64,000 nt of DNA from Haplodiscus bocki (taxonomy: Eukaryota): the NCBI GenBank assembly GCA_965655095.1, contig OZ296649.1, forward strand, positions 36,518,001 to 36,582,000, read 5' to 3'. The translations under genes and the position numbers were made by a program. Below the pieces are notes generated by a model. The model was not told the origin of the DNA. It saw only the letters and a list, made by a program, of their open reading frames with translations, and made no database searches. Shown piece after piece: positions 24,901 through 34,256 of this stretch. Each line of letters begins with the position of its first letter. Position 1 is the stretch's first letter.

Positions 24901-26471
24901 AAATACATCGGGTCCTTCAGTTCAAACAAGAATAGTGGTTGGAGCCCTACATCAGCGTGAACACCAGAATGCGAACTCAGTCAAAGAATAAGTTCGAAGA
25001 GTCATTTCTTAAGCTGATGAACAATTCTTGTTACGGTAAATCTCCTGAAAGCAAACGAAACAGGGTAAACGTAAAATTAGTTAAGACAAGAGAAGCCGTC
25101 CGTGAAAACTCTGATAAAGGTTTGTTGAAATTAATCAACATCTTCGATGAAAATCTGGTGGCAATTACAAGTCGCCGAGCACAAATTTACTGGGATACGC
25201 CAACTCTCGTGGGCACTTGCATACTGGATCTTGCCAAGTTCCATATGTATGAATTCGATTACAAGGTAAGCATAAAACGTCAAAATCACTACTTTCACCC
25301 CCAAGACTAAAACAAAGGAGCCGGTGTATTTTCCACCGATATAGTTTGAATCGATACTCATCAGGTGTCCAAGCGAAATGGTTTAGATGCAACGATCAAA
25401 CGTTCGGAAGCCGACGCTAGGGTTTTTGAAAGTCTCAATCGATTAAAAATATGTTTACTGGTAATGACGAAGACATTCGACTGCTCACTATTGTATTCGG
25501 ACACTGACTCGCTATTTTACAAGATCAGATGACAGTATTTCTATGAAAAAATAGCAAACGACCCCTTGCTACGAAACCATTTCGACTTTTCTAACTATCC
25601 GAACGACAGTGCTCTTCATTGTGACACAAACAAGATGATCACACTCAACTTCAAAGATGAGATGGCAGGGAAAGTCATCCGAGAATTCGTTGGTCTGAAA
25701 CCCAAAATGTACTCAATAGTTTATGAGAACCAGCGAAAAATGTCAGCAAAAGGCGTATCTCGGTTCGCTCAAACTTCACTGAAACACGATGTCTACAAAC
25801 GTGTTCTACTAAGTGGTCACCACATGAGGTCAAACAACATAAGAATTGGCTCTTCCAAACATCTCCTCCGAAACATTCGAAACAACAAATAATCCTTGAG
25901 TGCTTTTGACAATTGTTTCATACAAAACGATGGCATACATTGTCTACCTTTTGGCGACTTCGGAATAAGAGACTGGCAATTGCATTGCGAAATCCTGGAA
26001 GACGATGACTGGGGAGATGGAGAGCGGGAGGAAGCCCCAGAAACTAGTCCAACTTGGTCTACTTTTATCTGGGACTTCACAGTTTCCCCTAGTAGCAATG
26101 TTCTGTCGCTTTCAAACTATGATGCTGACCGTGAACGGAGCAACCTTGAAGTTGAAACGCAAATTTCAGATGAGTTATTCATTCCTCCTGACCCTGGAGC
26201 GCATCAACGAGATTACTACGAAAGTGAACTGGAAGAAGTCACTGACTTCGATGAACAAACACCGGCATATTCAACTCCTAGACGAAGAAACCCTTTCATT
26301 GAGGACGAAGCTGAAGAAGATTCCTTTCGAGATTTCGATTCCGACTATGATGATGTGACAATCAACTTTAGTCCCTTAAATGACCTTTCGCCGCTGAGGT
26401 TTCCCTCACTTTTGGATGATTCCCGACCCAAGAGAAGAAGAGTTGTTATATTTTCAAGTGGTACTGAGTAA
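21987..26471 (+). pseudogene. polB: Protein-primed family B DNA polymerase with N-terminal C2H2 fingers and an endonuclease VII domain
   Basis: CxxC fingers, GSGW, GSSYLGLP, exo I YFDFE, CWIC..DHCH..G.F.G.AH..CNL, exo II HNxSNYD, KGFYPYSY, motif A DTNHLYG, motif B KLMNNSCYGK, motif C YSDTDSL, EFVGLKPKMYS. Several stops and frameshifts. Confidence 0.96.
25266..25460 (+). other. Spliceosomal intron in pPolB (acceptor reads CTG)
   Basis: AAG|GTAAGC donor. Removing 195 bp joins MYEFDYK to VMTKTFDCSLLYSDTDSL. The intervening sequence has an in-frame stop. Confidence 0.75.
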
Positions 26472-26609
26472 TATTTGATCGCACAAAAGGATTTGCGCCA
26501 AACATTATGCAAACCTATTTCATCAAACGATGAAAAAAAGTTTTGAAGTGTTTCTTTTCACGTAGATAACACTCAACCCTGGAAGTGAGCATTGAAAAAA
26601 GTCTGCGCA

Positions 26610-26960
26610 AGAGGGTAGCGAAAGAGCACTTGCGAAAGAGCGCATGCAAAACGCCCCTGCGAAAGAGCGCACAGAAAAAGGCCCTGCGAAAGAGTGCACG
26701 GAAAAAAAGCCCCCGCGAAAGAGCGCATGCAAAACGCCCCTGCGAAAGAGCGCATGCAAAACGCCCTGCGAAAGAGCGCACAGAAAAGGCCCCTGCGAAA
26801 GAGTGCACGGAAAAAAAAGCCCCCGCGAAAGAGCGCATGGAAAAGCCCCTGTGAAAGGGCCCATGGAAAAAGCCCCTGCGAAAGAGCGGACGGAAAAAGC
26901 CCCTGCGAAAGAGCGCACGGAAAAAGCCCCTGCGAAAGAGCGCACGGAAAAAGCCCCAGT
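26610..26960. repeat. 27-bp tandem repeat GGAAAAAGCCCCTGCGAAAGAGCGCAC
   Basis: About a dozen imperfect units; reads KAPAKERTE in one + frame. Confidence 0.92.
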
Positions 26961-27621
26961 GGAAGAGCTTACCGAAACGCCCTGCAACATAGTGTTGAAA
27001 AAAGATACCGCAAAGCAATACCGGAAAAATCGTGCGGAGAAGGCCTCAGTGGAATAGAGTGTGGAAAAAATGAAGTCAAAATAATTCCAGCCTTACACAA
27101 CACAGATCGAGTCAGAGCCGGTATAAGAGCACCGAGGATGACAATACTAGGTGTTGTGCGGTTCCGGAAACACCATGAAGGTGACCTTTCTGACAGTTAT
27201 CTGTCTTGTTTTCTGGTTTTAAAAATGATTATCTGAAACTAGCACAGATTACAGACGAATTTTAACAAAATTAATCGATGAAAAAAACAGAATTGACAAC
27301 CGTCCTGGAGCATTATAGATGGTTGGGTATGGCTTTATTATCCAAAAAAAATTACCGTCTACAGGATATCTTAACTCCTAATAATTTCAATTGAATAACT
27401 AATCAGGAAATAATTTATAGGACTTGATTCATTTCCGACGTTGTGGTAGGCAGGCAATGCAAATAGTCATCTGTAAAAGGACCATTCAAAATTGCCAAAA
27501 GACTCGATTTTTAAGTTGAAGGTTGCCAGGGGAGTTGTTGAAAAAAAATGATTAGGTGAACATATAAATAAATTGAGCTTGACACTTACAAAAGATGTAC
27601 AGATCCGAAGTATCCATTAAA

Positions 27622-28059
27622 TCAGTCCGTAAAATGAACGGCATCAAGTTTTTGAAGCACATAGCATATAGCACAAGCTAAGTTCAGGTGATATCTATTG
27701 AAATCTCCCTTGGTGCTTAAAACACAATCTTCGATTCCTGCCGATCGTAGAAGGTTTTTTGCAATTGGATGGCCTTCCATTCCTACTCCCTCCGGTGCAG
27801 GGTTGATAATGACCTTCACATGTTCACACTTTGCCGTTACCCTGAATGGGACTGTTCTCAAATTGCCGTAGACCCATCTTCCGCGTACCACTCTGAATTT
27901 TTTCACAAAAGCGGTGGTTGTTGCCCCACTTATTGCCAGGTCTTTAGTCTTCTTGGTTTTTTGACACTTCCCGAACCAGCCATCTTTGTCACTTATCGCC
28001 ACGACAGCTTTGTATCTGGTTCTTATAGTCCCGTCAGGTCGCATATTTTGTAAAGGCAT
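27622..28059 (-). CDS. Divergent ribosomal protein uS5 (RPS2)-like protein, copy 1, intact, inside the Polinton
   Basis: MPLQ..RTRYKAVVAISDKDGWFG..AISGA..VVRGRW..RTVPFRVTAKCEHVKVIINPAPEGVG..KNLLRSAGIEDC..KG aligns colinearly with eukaryotic RPS2 MPVQ..[67 protein letters not shown]..RG. Upstream in-frame YKEETIKT matches LKDEVLKI. Confidence 0.9.
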   Translation of the reverse strand: MPLQNMRPDGTIRTRYKAVVAISDKDGWFGKCQKTKKTKDLAISGATTTAFVKKFRVVRGRWVYGNLRTVPFRVTAKCEHVKVIINPAPEGVGMEGHPIAKNLLRSAGIEDCVLSTKGDFNRYHLNLACAICYVLQKLDAVHFTD

Positions 28060-28338
28060 CGTTTTAATCGTTTCCTCCTTATAACCTGAAACATAAGGCT
28101 TTCACTTAGATGGAATTATTTGAAAGATGGCAGTTCGAACCCTGTTTCATAGTTGCAATCAACTTTTCTCGCCTTGTAGTAGAAGTTTGTTTACCTTTTG
28201 GTTGATAATTTCAAAGTTTGCAGAAACTTTTCAAGTATTTATTCTCAAACCACGTACTTAGCATTTGAAGTTCATATTATCACCAATGAAGAAAAAGAAA
28301 AATCTTTGAATGTTGACTTACATGGCATCCCGATTTGG

Positions 28339-28533
28339 CTAGCTGTATTACTTTTGGGTAGCAGTATGACTTTCGTTAGCCGTATGACTTCCCGTAGCTG
28401 TATGGATTCCCGTAGCTGTTTGACTTTTGGGTAGCTGTATCACTTTTGTCTAGCTGTATAAATTTTGTGTAGCTGTATAACTTTTGGGTAGATGTCTGAC
28501 TCTTGTATAGCTACCTGTGTGACTATTGTGTAG
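28339..28533. repeat. 19-20-bp tandem repeat (TAGCTGTATGACTTTTGGG-like)
   Basis: About nine degenerate units upstream of the uS5-like gene. Confidence 0.85.
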
Positions 28534-28770
28534 GAAATGTTTTTAGGTCTGAAGAAAGCTGGCGGTTTTGAAAATCAGGTTATGTTAGGTTAAGAATGCT
28601 TGCATTGGTGTTTACATTATGGCTTCAAGGAAGAAGCACCGTCCAAAATTGAATAGAGTAAAGTTAGTAGATGCGCGGATGGACGCTTCTTCAGCTAGGT
28701 CGCTAAGTAAATAAACTTGAAATACCAGTAGTCTAGCCTAGGCTAGATGTCAATTTTGTTTACAAGCCAG

Positions 28771-28875
28771 GATTCACCCGCGAAATACCAGTTTTGGTCC
28801 AGGGATTCACCCGCGAAAAGATTGACATAATCTTGGGATTGGGGTGCGAAAAACCATGTGAATCCCTATACTACT
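28771..28875 (-). repeat. Right terminal inverted repeat, followed by TSD CACATC
   Basis: Reverse complement of the left end; GATTCACCCGCGAAA occurs twice, 33 bp apart. Confidence 0.93.
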
Positions 28876-29801
28876 CACATCGTTTCAAGTGTTCAGAAGT
28901 TTCCCGGTTTGAAGTCGCAGAGCATCTAAGCTCTGAATCGGAAATTATCCGCGATTTCCTGAGCTTCTTTAAAAAGTGCCGTTCCTATTTCGAGACAGAT
29001 TTGATTTTAAGGTGAAAAATTTTCTTCGAGGTTAAATAATTACTAACGTCACTTCGCGTTTTTTTTCTCTTTACTAAACTAACAAATATTGTGCTTGTAA
29101 AAATGGGTTGTGTCTTCTACCCAGATGTAGTAACTTACCCCTAAGTTTTAGGAATTTTTGGAAAATTATTTGGTGAATAGAACATTATTTAATTCTTTAG
29201 TGAATAAAGTGAACTACTTGTTTGTCATTTAAACGAAATTTTTGGGATCGTTTTATGATTTGATCATGTTCTGACTACATTGGTATACTCAAATAGTGTT
29301 GCATTAAATTTGAATTAAAAGTCAGCTTTGACAGGAAATAATTCGAAAACTATTTGCATTAGACGAAAGTCATCGAAACTAAAGATTCCTAAATTTTGCA
29401 AAAAACTGTTTTAGTTATAGTTTCAACTTTTGTTCTGAAGTCTATTAACTCTTCTAAAAAAAAACAGAAATTTTCTTTTTAAGTCGTTCTTTTGAGGTGC
29501 TTTTTTTGATGACAACCGACTGGATTAAATCCATCAGACGCGGACTCAAACTACTCGCTGCCTATAACTTCTGAAAAGGAGCCCAGATAATGTTTTTCAA
29601 CCTTAGTCGCGTATTATCTGAACCTGTGTCTCGAAAATATTGCAGCTTTTCCTGAACGTATTGTTCGTCGAATTTGTGTTTTTTCATGACTAATTTCGGA
29701 GTTTGTCAGATCATGGCCGATTCGCTTCATGTCTCGCTGGATGACTTCCGAAGTATCCGAAGCCTTCCGAAGTATCCGAAGCCTTCCGAAGTATCCGAAG
29801 C

Positions 29802-32650
29802 CTTCCGATCAATGCTGGATTTGTGAAAAAGATTTAGCTGAAAGCGAAAGAGTTTTAGATCACTGTCATGCCAGCGGAAAGTTCTTGGGTTTCGCACACA
29901 GTAAATGCAACCTTAAACGACGCACAGTAAACTACATTCCGATATTCGCTCATAATCTTTCGAATTATGATTTACATTTTATTTGCAAAAATCTAAAACC
30001 TTTTCCCAGAAGACAGTGAAATTCAAGTCATTCCTATAACCGATGAAAAATACATTTGCTTTCGATTGGTATTAGAGTTGCGCCTTACACCGACCGTCGA
30101 GGAGTTGAAAAACATGTCTATGATTATTTACGTTTCGTCGACTCCTTTATATTTATGGCCTCGTCTCTGGACAAACTTGTGAGTTACTTACCTGCAGAGA
30201 ACTTCAGTTTTTTGGATAACCACTTTCCGCAACATTGTTGGGAAGAGTTGCAACTACTCCATCAAAAGGGATTTTACCCCTACTCTTATTTCGATTCACA
30301 TGAGAAATTTCAGAAAAAATCCTTGCCCAGTATAGAGAAATGGACGAACTCTCTCCAAGGTCAGGTGTCAATTAGTCCAGAGAACTTTCAACATGCTGTA
30401 AAAGTTATCCAAAGGTTTTGGTGCGAAAACCTCGGTAGTAACCACGACCTTTACCTAACAACGGACACTTTGCTACTTGCATGTGTGGTCGACCAGTTTC
30501 GAAAAGTTACGTACTCTACTTACGGATTAGATAGTGCTAACTATTACACGTGTTCTCATCTTTCTGGCGATGATTTCCTAAAAGTTAGTAAAGCAAGACT
30601 GGAATTGCTTACGGACCGTAGTCATTTGGAGATGGCTGAAAATTTGATCAGATGGGGTGTCTCCTCAGTGTTTTCAAAGCGTTTGGCAACGATGAAAAAC
30701 AAGTACATGGAAGGATTTGACGAGGCAAAAGCAAGAACATATGGTTTCCTCGTGGATACAAACCATCTTTATGGTGGAATCGTGCAAAAATTTCCACTGC
30801 CTTTGAGCGAGTTTGAGATCGTGGATGTTGAACTTAGCACAATTCTCAATACCGCAAACGACTCGGAACTTGGCTTCGTATTAGAAGTCGACTTGGACTA
30901 TCCTGATGCCCTCCACAATATGCACAAAGACTTTCCACCGGCTCCAACGAAAAAGAAAATTGATCGCAATATGTTGTCCGAGTATCAGATGGGTCTATTG
31001 AATCAAGCATGCAATAGACGTGTTACCCCGCCAAAGCTCGTACAGACGTTATTCGCGAAGAAAAATTACACCGTTCATTGCATTACCCTAAAGCTCTACG
31101 TGGATCTCGGTCTCAAAGTTACTAAAATACATCGGGTCCTTCAGTTCAAACAAGAATAGTGGTTGGAGCCCTACATCAGCGTGAACACCAGAATGCGAAC
31201 TCAGTCAAAGAATAAGTTCGAAGAGTCATTTCTTAAGCTGATGAACAATTCTTGTTACGGTAAATCTCCTGAAAGCAAACGAAACAGGGTAAACGTAAAA
31301 TTAGTTAAGACAAGAGAAGCCGTCCGTGAAAACTCTGATAAAGGTTTGTTGAAATTAATCAACATCTTCGATGAAAATCTGGTGGCAATTACAAGTCGCC
31401 GAGCACAAATTTACTGGGATACGCCAACTCTCGTGGGCACTTGCATACTGGATCTTGCCAAGTTCCATATGTATGAATTCGATTACAAGGTAAGCATAAA
31501 ACGTCAAAATCACTACTTTCACCCCCAAGACTAAAACAAAGGAGCCGGTGTATTTTCCACCGATATAGTTTGAATCGATACTCATCAGGTGTCCAAGCGA
31601 AATGGTTTAGATGCAACGATCAAACGTTCGGAAGCCGACGCTAGGGTTTTTGAAAGTCTCAATCGATTAAAAATATGTTTACTGGTAATGACGAAGACAT
31701 TCGACTGCTCACTATTGTATTCGGACACTGACTCGCTATTTTACAAGATCAGATGACAGTATTTCTATGAAAAAATAGCAAACGACCCCTTGCTACGAAA
31801 CCATTTCGACTTTTCTAACTATCCGAACGACAGTGCTCTTCATTGTGACACAAACAAGATGATCACACTCAACTTCAAAGATGAGATGGCAGGGAAAGTC
31901 ATCCGAGAATTCGTTGGTCTGAAACCCAAAATGTACTCAATAGTTTATGAGAACCAGCGAAAAATGTCAGCAAAAGGCGTATCTCGGTTCGCTCAAACTT
32001 CACTGAAACACGATGTCTACAAACGTGTTCTACTAAGTGGTCACCACATGAGGTCAAACAACATAAGAATTGGCTCTTCCAAACATCTCCTCCGAAACAT
32101 TCGAAACAACAAATAATCGTTGAGTGCTTTTGACAAGCGTTTCATACAAAACGATGGCATACATTGTCTACCTTTTGGCGACTTCGGAATAAGAGACTGG
32201 CAATTGCATAGCGAAATCCTGGAAGACGATGACTGGGGAGATGGAGAGCGGGAGGAAGCCCCAGAAACTAGTCCAACTTGGTCTACTTTTATCCGGGACT
32301 TCACAGTTTCCCCTAGTAGCAATGTTCTGTCGCTTTCAAACTATGATGCTGACCGTGAACGGAGCAACCATGAAGTTGAAACGCAAATTTCAGATGAGTT
32401 ATTCATTCCTCCTGAACTTGGAGTGCATCAACGAGATTACTACGAAAGTGAACTGGAAGAAGTCACTGACTTCGATGAACAAACAGCGGCATATTCAACT
32501 CCTGGACGAAGAAACCCTTTCATTGAGGACGAAGCTGAAGAAGATTCCTTTCGAGATTTCGATTCCGACTATGATGATGTGACAATCAACTTTAGTCTCT
32601 TAAATGACCTTTCGCGGCTGAGGTCTCCCTCCCTTTTGGATGATTCCTGA
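29802..32650 (+). pseudogene. polB: 5'-truncated second copy of pPolB
   Basis: ORFs 30056-31159, 31163-31534 and 31790-32116 match copy 1 and share the same stops and intron (31490-31684). Confidence 0.93.
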
Positions 32651-32833
32651 CCCAAGAGAAGAAGAGTTGTTATAATTTCAAGTGGTACTGAGTAATATTT
32701 GATCGCACAATAGGATTTGCGCCAAACATTATGCAAACCTGTTTCATCAAACGATGAAAAAAAGTTTTGAAGTGTTTCTTTTCACGTAGATAACACTCAA
32801 CCCTGGAAGTGAGCATTGAAAAAAGTCTGCGCA

Positions 32834-33155
32834 AGAGGGTAGCGAAAGAGCACTTGCGAAAGAGCGCATGCAAAACGCCCCTGCGAAAGAGCGCACAGAA
32901 AAAGGCCCTGCGAAAGAGTGCACGGAAAAAAAGCCCCCGCGAAAGAGCGCATGGAAAAGCCCCTGTGAAAGAGCCCACGGAAAAATCCCCTGCGAAAGAG
33001 CGGACGGAAAAAGCCCCTGCGAAAGAGCGCACGGAAAAAGCCCCTGCGAAAGAGCGCACGGAAAAAGCCCCTTCGAAAGAGCGCACGGAAAAAGCCCCTG
33101 CGAAAGAGCGCACGGAAAAAGCCCCTGCGAAAGAGGGCACGGAAAAAGCCCCAGT
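32834..33155. repeat. 27-bp tandem repeat, second copy
   Basis: Same unit as 26610-26960 with a different unit arrangement. Confidence 0.9.
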
Positions 33156-33817
33156 GGAAGAGCTTACCGAAACGCCCTGCAACATAGTGTTGAAAAAAAG
33201 ATACCGCAAAGCAATACCGGAAAAATCGTGCGGAGAAGGCCTCAGTGGAATGGAGTGTGGAAAAAATGAAGTCAAAATAATTCCAGCCTTACACAACACA
33301 GATCGAGTCAGAGCCGGTATAAGAGCCCTGAGGATGACAACACTAGGTGTTGTGCGGTTCCGGAAACACCATGAAGGTGACCTTTGTGACAGTTATCTGT
33401 CTTGTTTTCTGGTTTTGAAATGATTATCTGAAACTAGCACAGATTACAGACGAATTTTAACAAAGTTAATCGATGAAAAAAAACAGAATTGAAAACCGTC
33501 CTGGAGCATTATAGATGGTTGGGTATGGCTTTATTATCGAAAAAAAATTACCGTCTACAGGATATCTTAACTCCTAATAATTTCAATTGAATAACTAATC
33601 AGGAAATAATTTATAGGACTTGATTCATTTCCGACGTTGTGGTAGGCAGGCAATGCAAATAGTCATCTGCAAAAGGACCATTCAAAACTGCCAAAAGACT
33701 CGATTTTTAAGTTGAAGGTTGCCAGGGGAGTTGTTGAAAAAAAATGATTAGGTGAACATGTAAATAAATTGAGCTTGACAATTACAAAAGATGTACAGAT
33801 CCGAAGTAGCCATTAAA

Positions 33818-34256
33818 TCAGTCCGTAAATTGAACGGCATCAAGTTTTTGAAGCACATAGCATATAGCGCAAGCTAAGTTCAGGTGATATCTATTGAAAT
33901 CTCCCTTGGTGCTTAAAACACAATCTTCGATTCCTGCCGATCGTGGAAGGTTTTTTGCAATTGGATGGCCTTCCATTCCTACTCCCTCCGGTGCAGGGTT
34001 GATAATGACCTTCACATGTTCACACTTTGCCGTTACCCTGAATGGGACTGTTCTCAAATTGCCGTACACCCAGCTTCCGCGTACCACTCTGAATTTTGTC
34101 ACAAAAGCGGTGGTTGTTGCCCCACTGATTGCCCGCTCTTTAGTCTTCTTGGTTTTTTTGACCCTTCCCGAACCAGCCATCTTTGTCACCTCTCGCCACG
34201 ACAGCTTTGTATCTAGTTCTTATAGTCCCGTCAGGTCGCATATTTTGTAAAGGCAT
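33818..34256 (-). pseudogene. uS5-like copy 2 (+1 frameshift in a homopolymer)
   Basis: 7-T run on the + strand versus 6 in intact copies. Confidence 0.8.

Larger units (their letters stand above)
11062..28875 (+). mobile_element. Polinton/Maverick (adintovirus-like endogenous virus), full length, decayed
   Basis: Starts AGTAGTATAGGGATTCACA and ends TGTGAATCCCTATACTACT. CACATC on both sides (11056-11061 and 28876-28881) is a 6-bp TSD. Contains ATPase, integrase, penton, MCP, protease and pPolB. Confidence 0.97.

Noticed and set aside
26610-26960. CRISPR-like appearance of the 27-bp and 20-bp repeats
   Set aside because: Units are head-to-tail with no unique spacers, there are no cas genes, and the context is eukaryotic.
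26515-27018. Minus-strand ORFs (RSFAGAFSV and FFRALFRRG repeats)
   Set aside because: By-products of a stop-poor 27-bp repeat that is open in several frames.
27622-28059. Assigning the symbol RPS2/rpsE as the functional host ribosomal gene
   Set aside because: Too diverged, truncated at both ends, and located within a mobile element.
28794-29015. Recurrent 73-aa ORF MVQGFTREK...
   Set aside because: It spans the TIR, TSD and host flank with a non-ATG start; it recurs only because the DNA is duplicated.
33894-34250. Plus-strand ORFs MKSPLVLK... and MAFHSYSL... in each unit
   Set aside because: Antisense shadows of the uS5-like gene.
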